Positions 10,401-24,700 of a stretch of 40,123 nt of DNA are shown here, one piece after another. Position 1 is the stretch's first letter, and each line of letters begins with the position of its first letter. The translations under genes were made by a program, and so were the position numbers. Under the pieces are notes generated by a model that worked only from the letters and a program-made list of their open reading frames with translations, was not told the DNA's origin and made no database searches. The stretch comes from Malacoraja senta (Eukaryota). The stretch covers positions 1 through 40,123 of the forward strand of contig JAXLNO010000300.1 in assembly GCA_038087875.1 (NCBI GenBank). Reading direction: 5' to 3'.

Positions 10401-13400
10401 TTGTGGCGACCTTGCCGGATTTGTGGCGACCTTGCCGGAACAATGGCGACCTCGCCGGATTTATAGCGACCTTGCCGGAAATAATGCGACCTTGCCGGAT
10501 TTGTGGCGACCTTGCCGGAAATATTGCGACCTTGCTGGAAATATGGGGACCTTGCCGGATTTGTGGCGACCTTGCCGGAAATATGGCGACCTTGCCGGAA
10601 ATATAGCGACATTGCCGGATTTGTGGCGACCTTGCCGGATTTATGGCGACCTTGTCGGAAATATGGCGACCTTGCCGGATTTGTGGCGACCTTGCCGGAA
10701 ATATTGCGACTTTGCTGGAAATATGGGGACCTTGCCGTATTTGTGGCGACCTTGCCGGATTTATGGCGACTTTGCAGGAAATATGGCGACATTGCCGGAT
10801 TTGAGGCGACCTTGCCGGATTATTGGCGCCCTTGCCGGAAATATGGCGACCTCGCCGGATTTGTGGCGACCATGCCGGATTTATGGCGACATTGCCGGAA
10901 ATATGGCCACCTCGCCGGATCTTGGAGACCTTTTCGGATTTATGGCGACCTTGCCGGAAATATGGCGACCTTGCCGGAATATGGCGACCTTGTCGGATTT
11001 GTGGCGACCTTGCCGGATTTGTGGCGACCTTGCCGGAATTATGTCGACCTTGCCGGATTTGTGGCGACCTTTCCGGATTTATGGCGACTATGTCGGAAAT
11101 ATGGCGACAATGCCGGATTTGTGGCGACCTTGCCGGATTTATGGCGACATTGCCGGAAATATGGCGACCTTGCCGGATTTGTGGCGACCTTGCCGGAAAT
11201 ATTGCGACCTTGCTGGAAATATGGGGACCTTGCCGTATTTGTGGCTACCTTGCCGGATTAATGGCGACACTGCCGGAAATATGGCGACATTGCCGGATTT
11301 GTGGCGACCTTGCCGGATTTATGACGACCTTGCCGGATTTGTGGCGACCTTGCCGGAAGTATGGTGACCTCGCCGCATTTGTGGCGACCTTGCCGGATTT
11401 ATGGCGACCTTGCCGTAAATATGGCGACCTCGGCGGACTTGTGGCGACCTTGCCGGATTTATGGCGACCTTGCCGGATTTATGGCGAACTTGCCGGAAAT
11501 ATGTCGACCTTGCCGGATTTGCGGCGACATTGCCGGATTTTTGGCGACCTTGCCGGAAATATGGCGACCTTGCCGGAAATATAGCGACCTTGCCGAATGT
11601 GTGGCGACCTTGCCGGATTTATGGCGACATTGCGGAAATATGGCGACCTTGCCGGATTCGTGGCGACCTTGCCGGAAATATTGCGACCTTGCTGGAAATA
11701 TGGGGACCTTGCCGGGTTTGTGGCGACCTTGCCGGATTTATGGCGACCTTGCCGGATTTATGGCGACCTTGCCGGACTTATGGCGACCTTGCCGGGGATA
11801 TGGCGACCTCGCTGGATTTGTGGCGACCTTGCCGGATTTATGGCTTCCTCGCCGGCTTTATGGCGACCTTGCCGGATTTGTGGCGGTCTTGTCGAAATTA
11901 TGGCGACCTTGACGGAAAGATGGCGACCTGGCCGGATTTATGGCAACCTTGCCGGAAATATGGCGACCTTGCCGGAAATATGGCGACCTTGTGGGATTTG
12001 TGGCGACCTTGCCGGATTTATGGCGCCCTTGCCGGAAATATGGCGACCTTACCGGATTTGTGGCGACCTTGCCGGATTTGTGCCGACCTTGCCGGAAATA
12101 TGTGGACCTTGCCGGATTTTTGGCGACCTTTCCGGATTTATGGCGACCATGTCGGAAATATGGCGACCTTGCCAGATTTGTGGCGACCTTTCCGGATTTA
12201 TGACGACCTTGCCGCATTTGTGGCGACCTTGCCGGAAATATGGCGACCTCGCCAGATTTGTGGCGATCTTGCCAGATTTATGGCGACCTTGCCTGAAATA
12301 TGGCGACCTCGCCGCATTTGTGGTGAACTTGCCGGATTTATGGCGAATTTGCCGGAAATATGACTACCTCGCCGGATTTGTGGCGCCCTTGCTGGATTTA
12401 TGGCGACCTTGCCGGAAATATGTCGACCTTGCCGGATGTGTGGCGACCTTGCCGGATTTATGGCGAACTTGCTCGAAATATGGCGACCTTGCCGGATTAG
12501 TGGCGACCTTGCCGGATTTATGGCGAACTTGCCGGACTTGTGGCGAACATGCCGAAAATATGGGGACCTCGCCGGATTTCTGTCGACCTTGCCGGATTTA
12601 TGACGACCTTGCCGGATTTATGGCGACCTTGCCTGAAATATGGTGACCTTGCCGAATTTGTGGCGACCTTGCCGGAAGTATTGCGACCTTGCTGGAAATA
12701 TGGGGACCTTGCCGGATTTGTGGCGACCTTGCCGGAAATATGGCGACCTTGCCGGAAATATAGCGACCTTGCCGGATTGTGGCGACCTTGCCGGATTTAT
12801 GGCGACCTTGCCGGAAATATGGCGACCTCGCCGGATTTGTGGCGACCTTGCCGGATTTGAGGCGACCTTGCCGGAAATATGGCTACCTCGCCGGATTTGT
12901 GGCGACCTTGCCGGAATTGTGGCGACCTTGCCGGAAATATGGCGATCGCGCCGGATTTTGGCGACCTTGCCGGATTTATGGCGATCTAGCCGGGAATATG
13001 GCGACACGCTGGATTTGTGGCGACCTTGCCGGATTTATGGCTACCTCGCCGCATTTATGGCGACCTTGCCGGATTTGTGGCGACCTTGCCGAATTTATGG
13101 CGACCTTGACGGAAATATGGCGACATTGCTGGATTTGTGGCGAGCTTGCCGGAAATATGGCGACCTTGCCGGAAATATGGCGACCTGGCCGGATTTACGA
13201 CAACATTGCCGGAAATATGGCGACCTTGTGGGATTTATGGCGACCTTGCCGGATTTGTGGCGACTTTGTCGGAAATATGGCAACATTGCCGGATTTGTGG
13301 CGACCTTGCCGGAAATATGGCGACCTTGCCCGAAATATAGCGACCTTGCCGGATTGTGGCGACCTTGCCGGATTTATGGCGACCTTGCCGGAAATATGGC

Positions 13401-16400
13401 GACCTCGCCGGATTTGTGGCGACCTTGCCGGATTTATGACGACCTTGCCGAAAATATGGCGACTTCGCCGGATTTGTGGCGACCTTGCCGGATTTGACGC
13501 GACCTTGCCGGTAATATGGCGACCTCGCCGGATTTGTGGCGACCTTGCCGGAATTGTGGCGACCTTACCGGAAATATGGCGATCGCGCCGGATTTGTGGC
13601 GACCTTGCCGGATTTATGGCGATCTAGCCGGGAATATGGCGACACGCTGGATTTGTGGCGACCTTGCCGGATTTATGGCTACCTCGCCGGATTTATGGCG
13701 ACCTTGCCGGATTTGTGGCGATCTTGCCGAATTTATGGCGACCTTGACGGAAATATGGCCACATTGCTGGATTTGTGGCGAGCTTGCCGGAAATATGGCG
13801 ACCTTGCCGGAAATATGGCGACCTGGCCGGATTTACGACAACATTGCCGGAAATATGGCGACCTTGTGGGATTTATGGCGACCTTGCCGGATTTGTGGCG
13901 ACTTTGTCGGAAATATGGCAACATTGCCGGATTTGTGGCGACCTTGCCGGATTTATGACGACCTTGCCGGATTTGTGGCGACCTTGCCGGAAATATGGCG
14001 ACCTCGCCGGATTTGTGGCGACCTTGCCGGGTTTATGGCGACCTTGCCGGAAATATGGCGACCTCGCCGGATTTATGTCGACCTTGCCGGTAATATGGCG
14101 ACCTTGCCGGAAATATGGCGACCTCGCCGGATTTATGGCGGCCTTGCCTGAAATATGGCGACCTTGCCGGAATTATGGCGACCTCGCCAGATTTATGGCG
14201 ACCTTGCCGGAAATATGGCGACCTCGCCCGATTTGTGGCGACCTTGTTGAATTGATGGCGACCTTGCCGGAAATATGGCGACCTTGCCGGATGTGTGGCG
14301 ACCTTGTCGAATTTATGGCGACCTTGCTGGAAATATGGCGACCTTGCCGGATTTGTGGCGACCTTGCCGGATTTATGGCGAACTTGCCGGATTTGTGGCG
14401 AACTTGCCGGAAATATGGGGACCTCGCCGGATTTCTGTCGACCTTGCCGGATTTATGACGACCTTGCCGGATTTATGGCGACCTTGCCTGAAATATGGTG
14501 ACCTTGCCGAATTTGTGGCGACCTTGCCAGAAGTATTGCGACCTTGCTGGAAATATGGGGACCTTGCCGGATTTGTGGCGACCTTGCCGGAAATATGGCG
14601 ACCTTGCCGGAAATATAGCGACCTTGCCATTTTGTGACGACCTTGCCGGATTTATGGCGACCTTGCCGGAAATATGGCGACCTCGCCGGATTTGTGGCGA
14701 CCTTGCCGGATTTATGACGACCTTGCCGAAAATATGGCGACTTCGCCGGATTTGTGGCGACCTTGCTGGATTTGAGGCGACCTTGCCGGAAATATGGCTA
14801 CCTCGCCGGATTTGTGGCGACCTTGCCGGAATTGTGGCGACCTTGCCGGAAATATGGCGATCGCGCCGGATTTTGGCGACCTTGCCGGATTTATGGCGAT
14901 CTAGCCGGGAATATGGCGACACGCTGGATTTGTGGCGACCTTGCCGGATTTATGGCTACCTCGCCGGATTTATGGCGACCTTGCCGGATTTGTGGCGACC
15001 TTGCCGAAGTTATGGCGACCTTGACGGAAATATGGCGACATTGCTGGATTTGTGGCGAGCTTGCCGGAAATATGGCGACCTTGCCGGAAATATGGCGACC
15101 TGGCCGGATTTACGACAACATTGCCGGAAATATGGCGACCTTGTGGAATTTATGGCGACCTTGCCGGATTTGTGGCGACTTTGTCGGAAATATGGCAACA
15201 TTGCCGGATTTGTGGCGACCTTGCCGGAAATATGGCGACCTTGCCGGAAATATAGCGACCTTGCCGGATTGTGGCGACCTTGCCGGATTTATGGCGACCT
15301 TGCCGGAAATATGGCGACCTCGCCGGATTTGTGGCGACCTTGGCGGATTTATGGCGATCTAGCCGGGAATATGGCGACACGCTGGATTTGTGGCGACCTT
15401 GCCGGATTTATGGCTACCTCGCCGGATTTATGGCGACCTTGCCGGATTTGTGGCGACCTTGCCGAATTTATGGCGACCATGACGGAAATATGGCGACCTT
15501 GCTGAATTTGTGGCGACCTTGCCGGAAACATGGCGACCTTGCCGGAAATATGGCGACCTGGCCGGATTTATGGCAACCTTGCCGGAAATATGGCGACCTT
15601 GCCGGAAATATGGCGACCTTGTGGGATTTGTGGCGACCTTGCCGGATTTATGGCGACCTTGCCGGAAATATGGCGATCTTGCCGGATTTGTGGCGACCTT
15701 GCCGGATTTGTGCCGACCTTGCCGGAAATATGTCGACCTTGCCGGATTTTTGGCGACCTTTCCGGATTTACGGCGACCATGTCGGAAATATGGCGACCTT
15801 GCCAGATTTGTGGCGACCTCGCCGGAAATATTGCGACCTTGCCGGAAATATTGCGACCTTGCTGGAAATATGGGGACCTTGCCGTGTTTGTGGCTACCTT
15901 GCCGGATTTATGGCGACTTTGTCGGAAATATGGCGACATTGCCGGATTTGTGGCGACCTTGCCGGATTTATGACGAACTTGCCGGATTTGTGGCGACCTT
16001 GCCGGAAATATGGCGACCTCGCCGGATTTGTGGCGACCTTCCCGGGTTTATGGCGACCTTGCCGGAAATATGGCGACCTTGCCGGATTTGTGGCGACCTT
16101 GCCGGAAATATGGCGACCTTGCCGGAAATATGGAGACCTGGCCGGATTTATGGCAACCTTGCCGGAAATATGGCGACCTTTCCGGAAATATGGCGACCTT
16201 GTGGGATTTGTGGCGACCTTGCCGGATTTATGGCGACCTTGCCGGAAATATGGCGACCTTGCCGGATTTGTGGCGACCTTGCCGGATTTGTGCCGACCTT
16301 GCCGGAAATATGTCGACCTTGCCGGATTTTTGGCGACCTTTCCGGATTTATGGCGACCATGTCGGAATTATGGCGACCTTGCCAGATTTGTGGCGACCTT

Positions 16401-19400
16401 GCCGGAAATATTGCGACCTTGCTGGAAATATGGGGACCTTGCCGTGTTTGTGGCTACCTTGCCGGATTTATGGCGACTTTGTCGGAAATATGGCGACATT
16501 GCCGGATTTGTGGCGACCTTGCCGGATTTATGACGACCTTGCCGGATTTGTGGCGACCTTGCCGGAAATATGGCGACCTCGCCGGATTTGTGGCGACCTT
16601 GCCGGGTTTATGGCGACCTTGCCGGAAATATGGCGACCTTGCCGATTTATGACGACCTTGCCGGATTTGTGGCGACTTTGCCGGAAATATGGCGACCTCG
16701 CCGGATTTGTGGCGACCTTGCCGGGTTTATGGCGACCTTGCCGGAAATATGGCGACCTTGCCGGATTTGTGGCGACCTTGCCGGAAATATGGCGACCTTG
16801 CCGGAAATATGGCGACCTTGTGGGATTTGTGGCGACCTTGCCGGATTTATGGCGACCTTGCCGGAAATATGGCGACCTTGCCGGATTTGTGGCGACCTTG
16901 CCGGATTTGTGCCGACCTTGCCGGAAATATGTCGACCTTGCCGGATTTTTGGCGACCTTTCCGGATTTATGGCGACCATGTCGGAAATATGGCGACCTTG
17001 CCAGATTTGTGGCGACCTTGCCGGAAATATTGCGACCTTGCTGGAAATATGGGGACCTTGCCGTGTTTGTGGCTACCTTGCCGGATTTATGGCGACTTTG
17101 TCGGAAATATGGCGACATTGCCGGATTTGTGGCGACCTTGCCGGATTTATGACGACATTGCCGGATTTGTGGCGACCTTGCCGGAAATATGGCGACCTCG
17201 CCGGATTTGTGGCGACCTTGCCGGGTTTATGGCGACCTTGCCGGAAATATGGCGACCTTGCCGGATTTGTGGCGACCTTGCCGGAAATATTGCGACCTTG
17301 CTGGAAATATGGGGACCTTGCCGGATTTGTGGCGACCTTGCCGGAAATATGGCGATCTTGCCGGAAATATAGCGACGTTGCCGGATTTGTCGCGACCTTG
17401 CCGGATTTATGGGGACCTTGTCGGAAATATGGCGACATGGCCGGATTTGTGGCGTCCTTGCCGGATTTATGGCGACCTTGCCTGAAATATGGTGACCTTC
17501 TCGGAATTATGGCGACGTCGCCAGATTTATGGCGACCTTGCCGGAAATATGGCGACCTCGCCGGATTTGTGGCGACCTCGCCGGATTTATGGCGACCTTG
17601 CCGGAAATATGGAGACCTCGCTAGCTTTGTGGCGACCATGCCGGATTATGGCGACCTTGCCGAAAATATGTCGACCTCGCCGGATTTCTGGCGACCTTGC
17701 CGGATGTATGGCGACCTTGCCACAAATATGTCGACCTTGCCGGATTTGTGGCGATCTTTCAGGATTTATGGCGACCTTGTGGGAAATATGGCGACCTTGC
17801 CGGATTTGTGGCGACCTTGCCGGAAATATGGCGACCTTGCCTTAAATATAGCGACCTTACCGGATTTGTGGCGACCTTGCCGGATTTATGGCGACCTTGC
17901 CGGAAATATGGCAAACTTGCCGGGTTTGTGGCGACCCTTGCCGGAAATATTGCGACCTTGCTGGAAATATGGGGACCTTGCCGGATTTGTGGCGACCTCG
18001 CCGGAAATATGGCGAACTTGCCGGAAATATAGCGACCTTGCAGGATTTGTGGCGACCTTGCCGGATTTATGGCGACCTTGCCGGAAATATGGCGACCTTG
18101 CCGGGTTTGTGGCGACCTTGCCGGATATATTGCGACCATGCTGGAAATATGGGGACCTTGCCGTATTTGTGGCGACCTTGCCGGATTTATGGAGACTTTT
18201 CCGGAAATATGGCGCCATTGCCGGATTTGAGGCGACCTTGCCGGATTTATTACGACCTTGCCGGATTTGTGGCGGCCTTGCCGGAAATATGGCGACCTCG
18301 CCGGATGTGTGGCGACCTTACCGGATTTATGGCGACCTTGCCGGATGTATGGCGACCTTGCCACAAATACGTCGACCTTGCCGGATTTGTGGCGATCTTT
18401 CAGGATTTATGACGACGTCGGAAATATGGCGCCTTACCGGATTTGTGGCGACCTTGCCGGAAATATGGCGACCTTGCCTTAAATATAGCGACCTTACCGG
18501 ATTTGTGGCGACCTTGCCGGCTTTATGTCGACCTTGCCGGAAATTTGGCGACCTTGCCGGGTTTGTGGCGACCTTGCTGGAAATATTGCTACCTTGCTGG
18601 AAATATGGGGACCTTGCCGGATTTGTGGCGACTTTGTCGGAAATATGGCGACATTGACGGATTTGTGGCGACCTTGCCGGATTTATGACGACCTTGCCGG
18701 ATTTGTGGCGACCTTGCCGGAAATATGGCGACCTCGCCGGATTTGTGGCGACCTTGCCGGGTTTATGGCGACCTTGCCGGAAATATGGCGACCTCGCCGG
18801 ATTTATGTCGACCTTGCCGGTAATATGGCGACCTTGCCGGAAATATGGCGACCTCGCCGGATTTATGGCGACCTTGCCGGAAATATGGCGACCTCGCCGG
18901 ATTTGTAGCGACCTCGTCGGGTTTATTGCGACCTTGCCGGAAATATGGAGACCTCGCTAGCTTTGTGGCGACCTTGCCGGATTTATGGCGACCTTGCCGA
19001 AAATATGTCGACCTCGCCGGATTTGTGGCGACCTTGCCGGATGTATGGCGACCTTGCCACAAATATGTCGACCTTGCCGGATTTGTGGCGATCTTTCAGG
19101 ATTTATGGCGACCTTGTGGGAAATATGGCGACCTTGCCGGATTTGTGGCGACCTTGCCGGAAATATGGCGACCTTGCCTTAAACATAGCGACGTTACCGG
19201 ATTTGTGGCGACCTTGCCGGATTTATGGCGACCTTGCCGGAAATATGGCGACCTTGCCGGGTTTGTGGCGACCTTGCCGGAAATATTGCGACCTTGCTGG
19301 AAATATGGCGACCTTGCCGGATTTGTGGCGACCTTGCCGGATTTATGGCGACCTTGCCGAAAATATGTCGACCTCGCCGGATTTGTGGCCACCTTGCCTG

Positions 19401-21734
19401 ATGTATGGCGACCTTGCCACAAATATGTCGACCTTGCCGGATTTGTGGCGAACTTTCCGGATTTATGGCGACCTTGTCGGAAATATGGCGACCTTGCCGG
19501 ATTTGTGGCGACCTTGCCGGAAATATGGCGACCTTGCCGGAAATATGGCGACCTTGCTGGAAATATGGGGACCTTGCCGGATTTGTGGCGACTTTGTCGG
19601 AAATATGGCGATATTGCCGGATTTGTGGCGACCTTGCCGGATTTATGACGACCTTGCCGGATTTGTGGCGACCTTGCCGGAAATATGGCGACCTCGCCGG
19701 ATTTGTGGCGACCTTGCCGGGTTTATGGCGACCTTGCCGGAAATATGGCGACCTCGCCGGATTTATGTCGACCTTGCCGGTAATATGGCGACCTTGCCGG
19801 AAATATGGCGACCTCGCCGGATTTATGGCGACCTTGCCGGAAATATGGCGACCTCGCCGGATTTGTGGCGACCTCGCCGGATTTATGGCGACCTTGCCGG
19901 AAATATGGAGACCTCGCTAGCTTTGTGGCGACCTTGCCGGATATATAGCGACCTTGCCGGATTAGTGGCGACCTTGCCGGATTTATGGCGGCCTTGCCGA
20001 AAATATGGAGACCTCGCCGGATTTGTGGCGACCTTGCCGGATGTATGGCGACCTTGCCACAAATATGTCGACGTTGCCGGATTTGTGGCGATCTTTCAGG
20101 ATTTATGGCGACGTTGTCGGAAATATGGCGACCTTGCCGGATTTGTGGCGACCTTGCTGGAAATATGGCGACCTTGCCTTAAATATAGCGACCTTACCGG
20201 ATTTGTGGCGACCTTGCCGGCTTTATGGCGACCTTCCCGGAAATATGGTGGCCTTGCCGGGTTTGTGGCGACCTTGCCGGAAATATTGCGACCTTGCTGG
20301 AAATATGGGGACCTTGCCGGATTTGTGGCGACTTTGTCGGAAATATGGCGACATTGCCGGATTTGTGGCGACCTTCCCGGATTTATCACGACCTTGCCGG
20401 ATTTGTGGCGACCTTGCCGGAAATATGGCGACCTCGACGGATTTGTGGCGACCTTGCCGGGTTTATGGCGACCTTGCCGGAAATATGGCGACCTCGCCGG
20501 ATTTATGTCGACCTTGCCGGTAATATGGCGACCTTGCCGAAAATATGGCGATCTCGCCGGATTTATGGCGGCCTTGCCTGAAATATGGCGACCTTGTCGC
20601 AATTATGGCGACGTCGCCAGATTTATGGCGACCTTGCCGGAAATATGGCGACCTCGCCGGATTTGTGGCGACCTCGGCGGATTTATGGGGACCTTGCCGG
20701 AAATATGGCGACCTCGCCGGATTTGTGGCGACCTCGCCGGATTTATGGCGACCTTGCCGGAAATATGGAGACCTCGCTAGCTTTGTGGCGACCTTGCCGG
20801 ATTTATGGCGACCTTGCCGAAAATATGTCGACCTCGCCGGATTTGTGGCGACCTTGCCGGATGTATGGCGACCTTGCCACAATTATGTCGACCTTGCCGG
20901 ATTTGTGGCGATCTTTCAGGGTTTATGGCGACCTTGTAGGAAATATGGCGACCTTGCCGGATTTGTGGCGACCTTGCCGGAAATATGGCGACCTTGCCTT
21001 AAATATAGCGACCTTACCGGATTTGTGGCGACCTTGCCGGATTTATGGCGACCTTGCCGGAAATATGGCGACCTTGCCGGGTTTGTGGCGACCTTGCCGG
21101 AAATATTGCGACCTTGCTGGATATATGGGGACCCTGCCGGATTTGTGGCGACCTTGCCGGATTTATGGCGACATTGCCGAAAATATGTCGACCTCGCCGG
21201 ATTTGTGGCCACCTTGCCTGATGTATGGCGACCTTGCCACAAATATGTCGACCTTGCCGGATTTGTGGCGATCTTTCCGGATTTATGGCGACCTTGTCGG
21301 AAATATGGCGACCTTGCCGGATTTGTGGCGACCTTGCCGGAAATATTGCGACCTTGCTGGAAATATGGGGACCTTGCCGGATTTGTGGCGACCTTGCCGG
21401 AAATATGGCGACCTTGCCGGAAATATAGCGACCTTGCAGGATTTGTGGAGACTTTTCCGGAAATATGGCGCCATTGCCGGGTTTGAGGCGACCTTGCCGG
21501 ATTTATGACGACCTTGCCGGATTTGTGGCGACCTTGCCTGGTGTATGGCGATCTTGCCGGAAATATGGCGACCTTGCCGGATTTGTGGCGACCTTGCCGG
21601 ATATATTGCGACCATGCTGGAAATATGGGGACCTTGCCGTATTTGTGGCGACCTTGCCGGATTTATGGAGACTTTTCCGGAAATATGGCGCCATTGCCGG
21701 GTTAGAGGCGACCTTGCCGGATTTATGACGACGC

Positions 21735-24700
21735 CGGATTTGTGGCGACCTTGCCTGATGTATGGCGACCTTGCCACAAATATGTCGACCTTGCCGGATT
21801 TGTGGCGATCTTTCCGGATTTATGGCGACTTTGTCGGAAATATGGCGACCTTGCCGGATTTGTGGCGACCTTGACGGAAATATGGCGACCTTGCCGTAAA
21901 TATAGCGACCTTACCGGATTTGTGGCGATCTTGCCGTAAATATAGCGACCTTACCGGATTTGTGGCCACCTTGCCTGATGTATGGCGACCTTGCCACAAA
22001 TATGTCGACCTTGCCGGATTTGTGGCGATCTTTCCGGATTTATGGCGACCTTGTCGGAAATATGGCGACCTTGCCGGATTTGTGGCGACCTTGCCGGATT
22101 TGTGGCGACCTTGCCGGAAATATGGCGACCTTGCCGTAAATATAGCGACCTTACCGGATTTGTGGCGATCTTGCCGTAAATATAGCGACCTTACCGGATT
22201 TGTGGCGACCTTGCCGGATTTATGGCGACCATGCCGGAAATATGGCGACCTTGCCGGGTTTGTGCGGACCTTGCCGGAAATATTGCGACCTTGCTGGAAA
22301 TATGGGGACCTTGCCGGATTTGTGGCGACCTTGCCGGAAATATGGCGACCTTGCCGGAAATATAGCGACCTTGCAGGATTTGTGGCGACCTTGCCGGATT
22401 TATGGCGACCTTGCCGGAAACATGGCGACCTTGCCGGATTTGTGGCGACCTTGCCGGATATATTGCGACCATGCTGGAAATATGGGGACCTTGCCGTATT
22501 TGTGGCGACCTTGCCGGATTTATGGAGACTTTTCCGGAAATATGGCGCCATTGCCGGGTTTGAGGCGACCTTGCCGGATTTATGACGACCTTGCCGGATT
22601 TGTGGCGACCTTGCCTGATGTATGGCGACCTTGCCGGAAATATGGCGACCTTGCCGGATTTGTGGCGACCTTGCCGGATATATTGCGACCATGCTGGAAA
22701 TATGGGGACCTTGCCGTATTTGTGGCGACCTTGCCGGATTTATGGAGACTTTTCCTGAAATATGGCGCCATTGCCGGGTTTGAGGCGACCTTGCCGGATT
22801 TATGACGACCTTGCCGGATTTGTGGCGACCTTGCCTGATGTATGGCGACCTTGCCACAAATATGTCGACCTTGCCGGATTTGTGGCGATCTTTCCGGATT
22901 TATGGCGACTTTGTCGGAAATATGGCGACCTTGCCGGATTTGTGGCGACCTTGACGGAAATATGGCGACCTTGCCGTAAATATAGCGACCTTACCGGATT
23001 TGTGGCGATCTTGCCGTAAATATAGCGACCTTACCGGATTTGTGGCGACCTTGCCGGATTTATGGCGACCTTGCCGGAAATATGGCGACATTGCCGGGTT
23101 TTTGCGGACCTTGCCGGAAATATTGCGACCTTGCTGGAAATATGGGGACCTTGCCGGATTTGTGGCGACATTGCCGGATTTATGGAGACTTTTCCGGAAA
23201 TATGGCGCCATTGCCGGGTTTGAGGCGACCTTGCCGGGTTTATGACGACCTTGCCGGATTTGTGGCGACCTTGCCGGAAATATGGCGACCTCGCCGGATG
23301 TGTGGAGACCTTGCCGGATTTATGGCGACCTTGCTGGAAATATGACGACCTTGCCGGATTTGTGGCGACCTTGCCGGATTTATGGCGAACTTGCCGGATT
23401 TGTGGCGAACTTGCCGGAAATATGGGGACCTCCCCGGATTTCTGTCGACCTTGCCGGATTTATGACGACCTTGCCGGATTTATGGCGACCATGCCGGAAA
23501 TATGGCGACTTTGCCGGATTTGTGGCGACCTTGCCGGAAATTTTGCGACCTTGCTGGAAATATGGGGACCGTGCCGGCTTTGTGGCGACCTTGCCGGAAA
23601 TATGGCGACCTTGCCGTAAATATAGCGACCTTACCGGATTTGTGGCGATCTTGCCGTAAATATAGCGACCTTACCGGATTTGTGGCGTCCTTGCCGGATT
23701 TATGGCGACCTTGCCGGAAATATGGCGACCTTGCCGGGTTTGTGGCGACCTTGCCGGAAATATTGCGACCTTGCTGGAAATATGGGGACCTTGCCGGATG
23801 TGTGGCGACGTTGCCGGAAACATGGCGACCTTGCCGGAAATATAGCGACCTTTCAGGATTTGTGGCGACCTTGCCGGATTTATGGCGACCTTGCCGGAAA
23901 TATGGCGACCTTGCCGGATTTCTGGCGACCTTGCCGGATATATTGCGACCATGCTGGAAATATGGGGACCTTGCCGTATTTGTGGCGACCTTGCCGGATT
24001 TATGGAGACTTTTCCGGAAATATGGCGCCATTGCCGGGTTTGAGGCGACCTTGCCGGATTTATGACGACCTGGCCGGATTTGTGGCGACCTTGCCTGATG
24101 TATGGCGACCTTGCCACAAATATGTCGACCTTGCCGGATTTGTGGCGATCTTTCCGGATTTATGGCGACTTTGTCGGAAATATGGCGACCTTGCCGGATT
24201 TGTGGCGACCTTGACGGAAATATGGCGACCTTGCCGTAAATATAGCGACCTTACCGGATTTGTGGCGATCTTGCCGTAAATATAGCGACCTTACCGGATT
24301 TGTGGCCACCTTGCCTGATGTATGGCGACCTTGCCACAAATATGTCGACCTTGCCGGATTTGTGGCGATCTTTCCGGATTTATGGCGACCTTGTCGGAAA
24401 TATGGCGACCTTGCCGGATTTGTGGCGACCTTGCCGGATTTGTGGCGACCTTGCCGGAAATATGGCGACCTTGCCGTAAATATAGCGACCTTACCGGATT
24501 TGTGGCGATCTTGCCGTAAATATAGCGACCTTACCGGATTTGTGGCGACCTTGCCGGATTTATGGCGACCATGCCGGAAATATGGCGACCTTGCCGGGTT
24601 TGTGCGGACCTTGCCGGAAATATTGCGACCTTGCTGGAAATATGGGGACCTTGCCGGATTTGTGGCGACCTTGCCGGAAATATGGCGACCTTGCCGGAAA

